From Psilocybe cubensis (Eukaryota), in contig CM038999.1 of the NCBI GenBank assembly GCA_017499595.2, positions 558,001 to 622,000 on the forward strand: a stretch of 64,000 nt of DNA, written 5' to 3'. The notes under the pieces were generated by a model. The model was not told where the DNA came from and made no database searches. It saw nothing but the letters and a program-made list of their open reading frames with translations. The position numbers and the translations under genes are program-made. Below, piece after piece: positions 12,511-25,914 of the stretch (positions within the stretch are counted from its first letter, which is position 1; the number at the start of each line of letters is the position of its first letter).

Positions 12511-14866
12511 GTATGTGTGTCAGTGAAGATCGACTCGGCAGTTGGCGGTATTGAATTACCAGCCAAAACGCGCTCATTTTCAATCTCAGTTCAACTCAGA
12601 TAGGCACCATCGTTGTAGTAAGCATGCTTCTTACGTCGGCTAACGTCGGATAACCTTATTCCATGTCGTTCTATAAATTAAAAAGAGAATTGAGCTGAGA
12701 AAGCCAGTTCATGTTTGGTTGAAGAAGTCGTTGGTATTTCCGTCCCGACCAGTGTCACCATGGTTTATGTCCGTAAGACAGCATAGATTCCACTGGTTCG
12801 GAAGCTGGTAACCGTATAATCCGATACCATGATGGTACTCAAAGCGCACCGACACTCTCCTCTACCCGCTAAAACTGATGTGCACAACTTAACCAATCCA
12901 CTCCGCTGCATGCCTGGTATCTAAACCGATCGATCACTCTTGGTCCCTTCTACCACCGCGTTCTGTTGCAAATTCAGCATACTCGCCAACACATACACGA
13001 CATTACGTGTTGTTCCACTCCGTCCTATATGTTTTCATCCGTCGCAACGCGCACATCATCAACTTAGACCATTCTGCTTTCCGTCCCTGTAATATACTCA
13101 CCGCGGTAACCAGACCCCCCTTCCCGTTCACTGTGACATGCATGGTACAGCGCTCTATGCGGCCGTTATATCTGTAGCTGTTTCTATCCAGTACGACATC
13201 GGACAACCATCTCGGTCACATTCTATCGAACGTATTGTTTTACCTCTCTCCCTCTCCCATTCACATGGTGTGATGTATTGGGTGCCCGATACCATCGGTA
13301 CTGCTCCCTCTGACCACCCTGACACACAAGACATGTCCTCTGTCGTCTCACAACATACGCATATGGTGTTGTGTGTTGTTCTTCTCGTCGCTACAATTGC
13401 ATCTCTCCATAACAATACACAAGGCATTTCGCGTCACTCTCCATACTGCTCCACTCTCTACCTACAATAGTGCACGCAGTACTGTATCTCATGTTCTTTG
13501 CCGCTCCCGCTGTACTCTCCGTCCTTTATATTGATAGGAGAGTGTTTGTGCTATGTCCTTTCCATCACCTACCCACTTGCTCATAACAACACGGAGGGAA
13601 TATTCATCACAAACCACACATACACCCCTCTCCACTCGCAACGACGCACACGGCGTTGCATGTTACTCCACCCGCCGTCGCCGCTTCTCCCATTTCCAAC
13701 ATTGGCATAGGGATATATGTGTCATGCACTCCATCGCGAACAACATGTAGAGCACTGATCTCTGATCTGTATCGCTCTCCGTCCCAACAATATGTCTAGA
13801 CGACATACACAGGGCTTTGCGTTTTCATGTTGTGTCATATGTCCCTGCCGCTCTGTACCCACCACCACTACATTCTACGTGACACGTACAGCACTCTACA
13901 GAATACGTGTTTTTCTCTCTATCCTATTGCTCGTGCCCTTTCTTGTCACAATCATCCGCTGCTATATTCTCCTCCTACAACGATAAACAGGACATCACCC
14001 CTTCTCCTCCTCTGGTACTACCCGTTGTCAGTCCACAATAACGTGAATGACGTTGTATGTTATGTTGTCTACCATCTCCTTTGCTATCTCCATCCTGGGT
14101 ATTGACGTGGAGGGTGTTTGTGTTGCACTCTTGGTATCATCTGTCCCAGCTTCTGTCGTTATCAATGTACGGTACTCGACGTGGGTCCATCTGTCGTCGC
14201 CGTTTCTTCTATGACCACACAACAGAGGGAATGTGTGCACACACACTCTTCACTTTCTCCGGTCTCAATTCACTTCACAACAGCTCGTAGGCTCTGTAGT
14301 GGATTGGCTTTGTATATCCACAAAAAGTATTGCTTGCCATCTACAGTTGTAGTTATTAGTGAAAATCGTCTGTATGTATTTGCGATGCTTTTGACAATAT
14401 GGAAATTGATATTTATTCCTTTGAACTACCGCTGTAACCTTGGTGAAAGAAATCACATTAACTTCGTTGTCTCAAAATATCTCTGATTTAAATGAAGTAT
14501 CTATCCATATAGTGGTGAGAAGACAGAACCCGTTATAGTATAAAAGCTTAACCAACATTAAAATAAAGTAGAATTTTTGTTATATTACCGGTGTAATATT
14601 TCTTTCGATCTTGACATCTGACGTTGTGATAGGTACGAATTCGTATAAATAATTCTACACGGTTCAAACCAGACTTAAAGCGTGTTATACACAATGGTGT
14701 ATAATTCTATGGTCACGTCCCATTCTCCCTTAATCCGTTCAGTCTATACCCTCTCTATCCGTGGGCCTAATCTATATACGGTGGTGGTATTTCTATCAAC
14801 AGATGACGCTCGCGTTTATAATCGAAGAGAGAAATAGATCGTGACTAAATTCGTGAGTACACGGGT

Positions 14867-15885
14867 CTATGCAAGAAATGATGGATGGAATACCATCGCG
14901 TCTGGCCGTAAGCGGATAGTCATATTCGTCGACATTGTCTGTGAGCATTTTGTTAACTTGTCTAAGTGGTTTATCTGTATAGAATACGTACCAGCACGTT
15001 CCTGTTTAGGCTGGTCGACATCGAGTTTGACTGTCTTGGTTCCAATGTTGTTCTTCGCCCCAATAACCATTGTTGGTAAACCAGGTCCGGTGACAACGCA
15101 TATGTCTCGTCCATGTTCTGATTTGTCTTTTTGTTCGGAAGTCTTTACTTGACATAGCGACGGAGATGTGCTCCTGCATGTCCTCGTGCTGAAAGCGTCG
15201 TCCGTTTCGATGCGATCGAGAAGTGATGGTGTCGTTGCAGTTTCACGTGGGATATTGCAAATCGATGCTGGGCGATGGTCGTACTTAAGGCGGTCCTCGA
15301 AGCAGGTGTCCGGGATATTTGTTCGCTCCAGAGCCATGGTGTACGTCGGTCGCGGTGTGTTGTCTTCGTTCGGTCCCTCTTCATTTGGATTGTAATCGGA
15401 ATGTAATTGTACGGATTGTTCCGCTTCTTCTAGTGGTGGGAGCGACACGATGCTTGAATGTACTGGTGATGAAGGGGGTACTTCTGGTTTGTGTGGTGAG
15501 TATGGTATCATGCTTAGATTGTTGAGTACATTACAAAACTCACTCATCGGAACAGTTGGTGTCAATGCGTATTGAGTGAACACCATGTCAGTACTTTCTC
15601 TGAGTAGTCGTGTGATGTCGACTATAACATGGGTTTATTGATAGTAGGAAAAATAATGGTTTGAACTTTACCTTGAAAAGCGCATTGGGAATGATGTTTG
15701 AAGTTTCCACAGACCAAGTGAACCCCGTCGTGTCCGTTGTAGTATGCGTTCCTCGCGACGACAATATTTGCGTCCACTCCGTGGAAACATTTAGGCATAC
15801 AGAACATATGGTTACCGGAATACACTTTTAATAATGTCGGCGGGATTACGAACCCTCGGGTGTCAAGAGGGCTAAACATGTTCAT
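14867..15885 (-). CDS. GRF-type zinc-finger-like protein with a disordered C-terminal region (2 exons)
   Basis: Exon 1 PKCFHG..V..N..HLVCGNFKHHSQCAFQ|gtaaag has C/H/C/C spacing like zf-GRF. Exon 2 is a 239-aa ORF rich in P/S/E. Confidence 0.5.
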
Positions 15886-16559
15886 CTCCTTTTGCTTCGG
15901 TGGATTAAGATTATAAGCTTGCACTTACTATGCGATCTCCACTAGCTTTGAAGGGAACGGGTATACTTCGAAACTCGTCAAGTTACCTGAGTTTCTCTGC
16001 TCTTTTGCGAGGCTGTCTTCTATCGCATTGAACATTGTGTATGGCTATTACAGTGATCGAGTAAGTGTGTTGCTCTGAAATTGATCACCGTAGAAGTTCG
16101 GTTTTTATACCTTACTTGTATTGATGGAACATTCATTATCTTTCGTGTTGATACTTTGAGTCGTATACTGTACGACTAATCTGTCCCTTCAATAGCATCC
16201 TGAATTGTACTGTGCAGACATGACGTTCGGTTTTCTCTGATCACGTAGATCGAAACGCAGTTGTGATGGGCTTCATTTGTCTTCCATCTTCTAATAATAG
16301 CTTATGACAGTAGCCAGTTTGATAGAGTAACGGGTATATGTCAGCACAAGGTTAATTGTGATCGGGTTATCGTTTTGTTGATATGATGACGTACACTGTA
16401 TTACATATAGTTATATCCAATCATGGTCGTTGTTTTATGTGTGGATGTATTAATATTTTTTTACCTTACCTTGAGATCAGACAAAAAAAAAAGTTTAGTT
16501 AATGCGTTGGATAAATACGTTTGTCTATACCACGTCGTTCTGGTCCCAAGGTTCTCCCT

Positions 16560-17881
16560 ATGACTCTATCAGGTGTGATCTTCGATTTTCGTATACCCTT
16601 GGTATAGATTTCGGCTAAATGTTATTCTTGTTACCCTTTTGGTTTTAGTCCCGTTTAGGTTCAATAAGACATCGCTCCCTTGTCTGGCGAACGAGCTTTT
16701 GGACGAGATAACACGCTATCTACCTCGGAGAGACCAGCACGCTCTTCTATGCACTGGATGGGCTTTGCACGATGTTGTTTCCAGGCAGTTATATCGCGAC
16801 GTCTCTGTGTACGACTCTAGTGCGAAACGTTTCTTCAAGACGATCATAGAGTCGACCGAAAGCTATGGAACTTACACCAAGGAGCTTCAATACACTGTAT
16901 CGACCAACAACGACGTGAGCATCACACACGCGTTACTGCGTCGAGCGGTACCATTTCTCGCGAACGTTGAATCATTGACGATGATCATGCGAACTCAACT
17001 ATCACCTTTTCTGAAATATATGCTCAGATATTCAGTACATCCCATCCAGTCTACTTACGCCGACGCTATCCGCCTGGACGATAAAAGGCTTCGCGTCGTC
17101 GATAGTCCAATAACCTTCTGTAATTTCCCGAAATTGAAGAAGTTCAACCTTCACGGAGATATCAAAGTTATCAGATTCATTAGTATAAAGAGCGTGCTCG
17201 TCAAAATATGTTTAACAGAAGCGATGGATGACGACAGCTTCACGTTCTTCCTCAATGAAATGGCACCTACCGGGACTCCTAACACTTCGTTGTCTATACT
17301 GTGTATTACACTTCAGTTTGTGGAATCGTACTCGCGTATCGGGACATCGCTTTACCGTCTGGGGAATGCCTTCCCAAACATCAAATCTCTAACTGTACGG
17401 AGTCCGAAGCTTGATGCATTGGTGAGTTGTTTTCCGATAATTAATTTTTCTTGTATGTACTGATTCTTTGTTGAAATACTTGGCGTCCGGATAGGAAGCG
17501 TCGTTGATGCTGACACTAGACCCTCCTCTATTTCGAGAGGCGCGTCTCCTGCAGTTTAACGACTGGACTATCACGACACCAGTAATTATTCCAGTTGGTT
17601 CCGGACCCGATCATCTTAAGGTTCAGGGTATACATATTACCAAAGCAGCAGAGAGCCGGAGAAACTTGGTGTCGGTCAATTTTGGGATGATAAAATGGGC
17701 CAAGTCTGTTTACTCTGGCGGATGGGAGCAGACTAACAAAATTTGCGTTGACTCTGGTGATGACGATGAGCTGTACCCCGACTTCGATAAAGACAGTTCG
17801 TTATTTTGGGATGTTTTGTACATTAACCCAGAACCTTTGTCCGTGTTACAGGCTTCTATAGCTAGATACTCGAATAGATGA
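16560..17881 (+). CDS. F-box domain protein with LRR-like C-terminus (3 exons)
   Basis: LPCLANELLDEITRYLPRRDQHALLCTGWALHDVVSRQLYRDV is an F-box-like motif. ORFs 16639-17463 and 17504-17881 are joined by a gtgagt..atag intron. Confidence 0.7.
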
Positions 17882-18540
17882 TTGGCAAAAGACTATTTAG
17901 TTACAATTGGATGTACATGGTGTTAGACATGAACCACTGACCAAATGTTTCTTTGCTACCGTTTGTGAGTCGGATGGAGTGAGTTTGAATGTGTCAGGAT
18001 GCGTTGGAATTGTTTGTTTTATGTTACAAGACGATATAATTGTTTCTATGATACAGTCTGATACTATTCCAGTGTCACCGACAAGCACGTCACTGACGTC
18101 ACGACCGGTACTGTGGATCTCTCTCGGTCTAACTGGTAAGGTGAGCCAGTGCTCACGCATGGTATGTACGAGGCTTTGTTTATATTTAGTTTATAGTCTG
18201 TATCTTGATATCTTACACGGTTTCATTAAATGACTGAATATTGACTTTTATGAATGTCTTTTTTCTACTTCAATACATATATTACACAAGAGATAAACAG
18301 TATTCTGGTACTTATAAAATTATTGCGAAGACTTAGTAAAGGAAACTTCGGTACCGGTAAGTGATATTTGCTGGTGATGGTGATGGGTCACAACAGTCAT
18401 GTCAGTAGCGTTAATTGGGGGCAACACTAGTGCAAAGACACCAGAGTAAAGAGATAGTGTAAAATGTTTTCGACAGTGAGTGGCGGAGACTATGAATAAG
18501 CATGAGCCGTATACCGTATCAGTATAGTGTAGATTTTTTT

Positions 18541-19410
18541 AGGACAAGCAGCATTGCCGTGTAAATGTGATGGAGATAGTTAGACGAGCAGAAGCCCTAA
18601 TGCTGCTCGTTGTGTGGTTGGGAGGAGGCGATAAGACAAGCTGCAATGGAATTGCTGCTCATCAAGTCAGTCGATGCACTGCGCTGGTAGTGGGATGAGT
18701 AGTAGCCTGAACGCTGTTTGTCTTGTCAGTGGGTATGAGGTGGTGGAACCGGCGCAACATGGAGCCCTCGCGCTGCTCATCTTGTCAACGGGAATGTGGA
18801 GGAGACGGTAGGACAAGCAATAGTGTTGATAGTCGTCGCGCCAAACGGAGTGGGTAGTGGAGGCGGATGGACAACGAGCAACCATAATGCTGTTCACCGC
18901 AGTGAATTGAAGAGCGCATGGGTTTTGCGGCTGCTGCCGGTCGAGTCGATAGGCGGATAAGTGTGGGTGGCAAAGGCAGTAATGCGAGCAACATTATGGC
19001 TGCTGCTCGTTGGGTCGTCATCCCTTTTCGGTTGTGGTGGGTCGCGAAGGCGGAGGGAGGATTATGTAGGGTATGCTCCATGAGAACAGGACCAATGCTT
19101 CTCGCCAAGTAGACATGGAATGGTGCAGCGGGATGAGTTACAGTCATACATCAGACAAGCAGCAATAATCACGCTGCTCGTCATGTAGTTGGGCACGTCA
19201 TAAGGAGGTTGTAGGAGGAGCCAAAGGTTCACGGCTGTAAGGGGAGGCGGTCAAAGTTGTGTGGGTGGTGTGTTTGTGACAGGTTACGGTTCGAGTAGCA
19301 GCACCAACTGTGCTCGTCGTGCCGGTGAAAACAGTGTAGAGGAAGGCGGATTAACCTCATTCTGTCGCCTTTGCGAACGGATGAGCAGCAGCCGCATCAC
19401 TGCTCCTCGT
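18541..19410. repeat. Dispersed array of short imperfect palindromes, approximate consensus GACRAGCAGC-N8-11-GCTGCTCRTC
   Basis: Copies at ~18583, 18635, 18874, 18985, 19154, 19292 and 19381. Confidence 0.55.
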
Positions 19411-20916
19411 GTCAGTTGATGTGAAATGGCCAGGTTCGCTTTTCTCGCCCTGTAGGAGAGTAGAACATGAGGGAGATGGCGTAAAGGTAGAGAGGCAGAT
19501 GCAAGTTAGGACAACGCCCTCCGTGCGCATCCTCCGCCGGTGCCAGGTCGTGTCGCCCGTGAGCAACACAAACACGAACGCACACAGCCGCGCGCGCGGC
19601 GTCAGAGATACCTTCGTGTCTACGGTGTATCTTGACAGCCGCTCGGTTGAAGGCTCTGTGTCGACGGTTGGTGTGGAGGGCGGACAGTGAGGAGAGTGAT
19701 AGTGATGAGGAGAATCACCCCAGCTCCGCTCTTGACATAACGGAGTGGATTGTGACGTGGACATCGTCAGCAAATCTGTCCTTTTCCCAGCTCGAGGCCT
19801 CAGTGGAAGTGGTGGATATATCTACTTGTTGAGTTTGCAAGTTTGAACCTATAAAATCTAAATTGGAACTATATGACGCACCATTGGGGTCTCCTACATG
19901 GGTCTCCCTTTCTTGTACTCTAACTCCTGCCTCCTTCATTATGCTTCATTTCGTTCGTCGGTCGTGGTCGAACCTGCGTGGTCTGAGCAAGGTTGTGTCA
20001 AGAGTCAACAATGGTAGGCTGTGTCATCTGATTACGTTATGTTACTGGTGCCGCAGAGTCACGTGTCATATGGGTACCCGCGCCGTACCGCTTCGTTTTG
20101 GTCAACACTTATGTCATCCCGATCATCCGTTTCGATGCTGATAGTTGCGTTCTTCGTCACGTTGTCCAATAGTCCCTGCATGAAATACAATGCGCAACCA
20201 ACTCGGTTTACATATCGATATGATATATCATCGGCACCGCGCCTCGAGTCTTCTAAATATCAACTAGTGTGTAACAACGCGTATTATGGTCCATCCTTCT
20301 TTTACGACATTCCAGTCGAACAATATTGATGACAAAATGATACTTTATCAAAGTACGTTGGTCGTTTTACATCAATATCATACCATCGTCCATTCTCATT
20401 ACCAGAAGTCTGACTGGTTACTGTGCTGGCCATTTCCGTGGTAGTAATCAATCAATGTTACGCCGTTTATATCCTTCTATCTTGTCTCCCTCCGAACCAA
20501 GCCATTACCTCTTCCGCTAACAACAGTATCCACATCAACAACTATCAGCGCAACGCAATGTTTATTTGTTATCTTTCATTGGTGCGTCAGAGACAACCAT
20601 TTCTTATGATGATCACGTTTGCCGATCACTTTAACAGCTATATGATGAGTTCCACTATGATATTACGAGGGTAACTGTAATGATCTATGTCACCTACGCA
20701 ACGGTGAGTCGGTCAGCATTTTTTGATGGTTTATTGTTATTACTAAGCACGATTATAAATAGTGCTCGCGTCATCCTGGTTAAATCTCGTTTTATTTTAT
20801 ATGTAACTAACAGTTCGTGCAAATATCTTGGTCTAGGCTCTGGTCGGTACAGTATAAGAGCAACTCTCCTTCAAGTTGTATGTTTACTTTTCATAGATTA
20901 TACATAACATTAAGCC

Positions 20917-20999
20917 ATGGCGCTCACCAAGTCTATGATCGACAGACCCACTCACTTTACATTACTGTCCTCGAGTTCCGAAAAGGTCTTACAGTCTCC

Positions 21000-21040
<41 letters not shown>

Positions 21041-22254
21041 CTTCTGTATTGCTTCTTCTCCTCTCTTTTCTCCTTTTTTATTTTTGTTTTATTTATTCAA
21101 TTCGCCATCTAAATCTCTGTTAAAATTCTAGACTTGGGATGTATATAAGCGAATGTCGAGCTCCTTCTGGACTGTAGACACCATCGACCTCGAGACTTTG
21201 ACAGAAAGTTGGGATCTTGAACTCGACCACAACCAGCGCCATATATTCGGTCTTGCATTGATGGTGTTATTACCACGTCGTTTGGGCAGGTCACCGATAG
21301 TTGATAGTATATATCAATCCCTTGACCTGTTTGAAGCGCGATGTGCTATGGACGTTCGTACTATGAAGTCTGTCTTATCCATGTACTCTGTTTTCTTATG
21401 AACTGACGATTGAACTATTCAGTGAAAATATATACCATGGTGTTATATCTGAACTCATGTCTGGTTTGATCACCGACTATGCCGAGATGGACCGTATATC
21501 CTCTGCCATACACGGGTCTACGTATTATGCTCAGATGCAAGACTGGGTAATGACATGGGCATCTAAAACGTCCGCGAATGCTAACGGTTCCCTCGTGGAT
21601 CGGGTGCTTGCTCTGGCCGTCAGCGCTGGTATCTTCAACTCTTCCGCTTACACTATACTGTCGAGCTCGGACGCATTGGTCGAGGTACCGGAACTTAGTC
21701 ATGCGATAACGATGATACAATCATCTAACCACTTATTCCTGGACTTTGTCTGTCACTTATTTTCCGGGTTTTCCAAGAAGCCGTGCCAGAGCCATGTCAT
21801 GCAGATCGTTCTTCGTGCCGTTGACATCGAGAAACAAATGGTTTTAGGTATGTGACATGTCCATGTTCACATTTTAAGTTGATGGTAACATTCCATACAT
21901 ACAGAGCTCTTCCCGTTGGATATTATAGGGCTAACCGACACTGAAATGTGGTGGTACATCGAGTTTACGGCCGATTGTCTGTTATGTCATTTGGGTTTTA
22001 CGCCTTATTTCGAGATTGATAATCCAGTAAAGTGTCTTTTTTTATTTCTATGTTTTATGTTTTATTTTTTTGGTCGAGTGTGTCATTCACTGAGTCGCTA
22101 TGCACAGTTCCTCTTTGCACCTCGTAGAGTCGGCCCACCCGAGCGCGTCGCTGGTCATAACTATGAACTTTTTAGGTTCAAGTGTATGTGCCACTCTTTT
22201 GATGCAAACGGCAACATGACGACCTTCTATGGCATGTACCCATATACCCATTGA
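20917..22254 (+). CDS. RNR2: Highly divergent ribonucleotide reductase small-subunit (R2) homolog, predicted catalytically dead, ORF intact (5 exons, ~330 aa)
   Basis: Exons 20917-20985, 21132-21367, 21423-21847, 21905-22026 and 22108-22254. WDVYKRMSSSFWTVDTIDL, FEARC, ENIY, DRVLALAVSAGIF, DFVCHLF, AVDIEKQ and IGL..M..YIEFTADCLLCHLG..NP align with the R2 motifs WxMYKKAxASFWTAEEVDL, EARC, ENIH, ERLVAFAAVEGIF and YIEFVADRLL. Confidence 0.85.
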
Positions 22255-22666
22255 GTTTGATTTTAGATATTCTGTTTGTATTATATCATTAAGAATGAAG
22301 TGAATTATTTATTCCCCTTTTCATATTTTTATGGTGTTAATTATTTAACATTGGCTTTTATATAGATATCCCAAGGATGGATAGTTAGCTGTATTTACAG
22401 TGTACACTGATTGTTGATACCATTGTTACATTAACGAGAAAACTTGTTCGTTGTCGGGTCTTGTATGTAGTAGTATTCAATTGACCATGGCATGTTTTTT
22501 TTTCGCTATACACACCCACAACCAAGATATCTGTTTCAATCGTAGATTTATAACCTTTTTCAGGACTATGGTGAATAGTTGAGTATTGAGTGGCATGGGA
22601 AGGCCAGTCATATAAAGCACTGCTAATTGTTGTCCTACCGCTGCTAAACTGTTCAATGACCGGTAG

Positions 22667-23012
22667 CACGCCGGACAAAAATGCTGACCAGTTAGCCTGG
22701 GTGTTGTCCTGACCAGTGACGTGACTAGTACCGTGACCAATTACATAGCGTCACATATATGTTGTCACGCTGATTCATTATTAGTAGACTCGACAGTAAA
22801 TGGCAAATTACTTGATTGTCTTGCGTTAGAACTCAGTTCGGAGTAGGAAGAAGTATTAAACAATCAAGTAATATGTTATTTACTGTTGAGCCTACTAATA
22901 ATGACTTAGCGTGACAACATATGTGTGACACTATGTAATTGGCCACCGTACTAGTCACGTCACTGGTCAGGACAACACCCAGGCTAACTGGTCAGCATTT
23001 TTGTCCGGCGTG
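22667..23012. mobile_element. MITE (346 bp), CAC..GTG ends, ~155-bp TIRs, 3-bp TSD (CACTA/CMC-like)
   Basis: CACGCCGGACAAAAATGCTGACCAGTTAGCC.. mirrors ..GGCTAACTGGTCAGCATTTTTGTCCGGCGTG. TAG flanks both sides (22664-22666 and 23013-23015). Confidence 0.9.
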
Positions 23013-24179
23013 TAGCACGAATCCACGATGCCAATCAGGTGACGTGTTTTAAATTGTTCTTGTTCGGACTCAACCTCACTCTGGCTGGCCATATTAGGGT
23101 CGACCACCGACGACGGAGATGACACAGAAAGTGACGGTCAGGCAATGTAAGGGGCCCATATAGAGAGGAGGCCCTCCTGGTACGTTACACGGATTCTGAC
23201 TCAAGTTTCTAAGCTATTTCTATGTATCCCAGCTTTACTATGTTGAACAGCAAGTCGTGTCGCTGTCCATCCAATTGATAACAACCAGCAGCATCGCACT
23301 GCCGGTCGTCGTCACACCCGCTACCGCTCCGTCCCTATACAACCGTCTCCTCTCCACTTCCTTCCACGACCAGCAGCACCATCCTGTTGGTCTGTATCCC
23401 CGACGCCCCTTCCTCCCTCATCAACCAACAGCTCCAGATGCTAGTTAATGTCCCCGGCGCACTTGACAATGCCTGTCTCCTCCGTCTATGTCCCGTCGCT
23501 CTAGAACTATTCCAATCGTTGTCCCAGCACTTCCGGGCTTCAACATGTATGTTATACCTGACATATCCTCTCTTTGCTTTCACTGAACGCGCTACAGCAG
23601 CATGTCTCTTGGTGTCAATGGTTCGGGGTGTCCTCCAGGAATCACCTAATACATTCTCAGCCGTTCATTCATACATTGTCTTTTTCATATGAAACTCAAA
23701 TTTGACACGCATTTACTAGTCGACCGCATTGCTATCACTGTTACCTTCAGTCAGTTCTTTTCCTAAGCCGGCCCAAGAATACCCATCAACCAAAACCGCA
23801 AGAACTATCCGTTGACTTTGGGAGTCTAGTAAGTACATTTTTTTGTATTGGTTACAACTCGACCTTTATTGTCCAGTGTCCCATCTGGCTTCACATTTGG
23901 CACTGCCACTGTCAACCATATTGTTTTCTTTCTTATTTAACTCTGGATAGTATTTCTCATCAAAACCTTATCATAGCATGGCTATTACTAACTCGAAAAA
24001 TCCGTTACTGCTGCCCAATCTATCTATTACTGTGAGTTTTCACCTTTTACGGCTCGCGGTTAATACGCAGTCATGTCCTTTAGACTCATCCAACTACCCA
24101 TATCTCTTCATATCTACAACTCCCTGCGCTATCGATGTACTCCGGTTACAGCGCGAACCAGTCTTTGACCAACATCCCT

Positions 24180-24720
24180 TTTATAGCTGATGGCGGATCC
24201 AATCACAGTGCGCGATTCCCAGACCTCTCGAGCCCTCCTGTCACAAATCAGCAGCAGCAACAGTATGGTGGCTAGGGTTCTGCAGTGATGAGCCCCGTCA
24301 CCCCGCAGCAACAGTAACAGGGCATGTACCAGCAGTACCCACAACAGCAGCAACAGCAACAGCCCCAAATGACCATGGGATACGTACCGCAGCAGTAGAT
24401 GGGCGGTTGTATCTCGATGAGAGGCAGCGGTGCCGGATATCTCTCTGGGTACAGCTCTACCCATCACATACAGGCAGCGGCGGTGGCATACCCTTTCAGT
24501 CGTTAAGTAGCTTTGGCCAACAGTTCGCAGCGCACGTCTGCGGCAGCAGCTACAGCTACCTCCAAGGCCAGTAGTAGCAGGGCAACCCGAGCGCCTACAA
24601 ACCCGTCCAGTAGCAGCTACAACAACCCGGGATACGTCATGCAGTTCGACTCGTACTCATCCATCGGGTAGCTAATCAATCGCAGCAGCAACAGTAGTTA
24701 CAGTGGTAAGCGCAACGAGG
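24180..24720 (+). pseudogene. Decayed CAG/CAA-rich (Gln-rich) coding remnant
   Basis: Many cagcagcaacag runs interrupted by tag/tga, and no long open frame. Confidence 0.35.
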
Positions 24721-25914
24721 ATGGATGGTGGGGTCAGCTTGGGTCAGAGCTACGACAGTAGCGCCGGTGGTGTTGTACCCTTCCAACGTTCGGGTACGGT
24801 GTCTCTGCGTCGGGTGAACCGCACTCGCGCAATTATATCCGTACACACAAGGTGGAGATCGGGCCTGGGACAATTTCGCGTGGAAGCAACTCCTCAGCGC
24901 GTTCGAGACGCTCATGAAGGCTTAGGAGACGCGCAAGGGCGAGCTGAGCGCGCGCGTCCATGAGATGAGCGCGCAGATGAATGTGGGGATGGTGTATGGC
25001 CCGTATTGTGTCACTCTTAACTCTAAATTCTATTCATTCCTCGATCCAAGGAGTTGTAACTCAAGGTATTTATCATACATGTCTCCGTATAGGACATTGC
25101 TCTAAACATTTTTCTAGCTACTACGCATTCTGATCTCACTGGTACCGTCCGCATTAAGTTCCGGACTCGTTTTTGTCCCGCCAAACCAATGCCAATCTTT
25201 GCATATTTTGATTCCAGGTACCAACTACACCTACCGTGATGCTTTCAGCCTCGTTTTCACAGTCATGTCTCCATATGGAGTCTTGTCTGTCCTCAACATC
25301 CAGAGTTACCTGCGCGTCAGCAACTCGAAGAACACTAAGGGAAGCGGTTACATCACCACCGACTATGTGAGTTTTTGTTTTGCACTAAAAGTTCGTAAAG
25401 CTGACCTTTTTTCAGATCGACACTGCTCTTGCTACGGTATGTTTCTGGTGTTTAATATTAATAACCCATTCTAACAATTGCAACTACAGATTTTCAACTT
25501 CCAATTGCAGAAGTGTTAAAAAGTCACTGAGTTGCGTCCGAGAACATTCTCTTCTTGCAATTTGACAATCACCACACAGACAGGACGTGACGTCTAGTGA
25601 ATGATCGGCCGATGAAGGGAGTCAGTGGATATAGCACACCGCGTTTATCGATTAAACATTAGTTTTTATTGACAAGTTCTTATGTTCATCAGAATATCTT
25701 ACGTTGTCATGGAACGTCAAAGGTGATGACCATTTTATATTTGTCATGGACATTGCTGATCGTAATCTTATTGACATATTTTGATGATCAGGCTGTTTCG
25801 GGCTGTTCAAGGCCTAGTAACTATCGACTATTTGATAATAATGTATGTGAATTAGATTTCTGTGTGTCTACGTTTCGTTGTATAAAAGACCGGAGATTGA
25901 TTTATTGTTGATTT

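Noticed and set aside
18541..19410. CRISPR interpretation of the palindromic array
   Set aside because: Eukaryotic context, degenerate repeats, irregular spacing and no cas genes.
21002..21040. Long poly-T run (also ~60046-60073, poly-C ~35710, poly-G ~38824) giving poly-Phe/Lys ORFs
   Set aside because: These are intronic or intergenic homopolymers, the lengths may be sequencing artefacts, and no retrocopy TSDs were seen.
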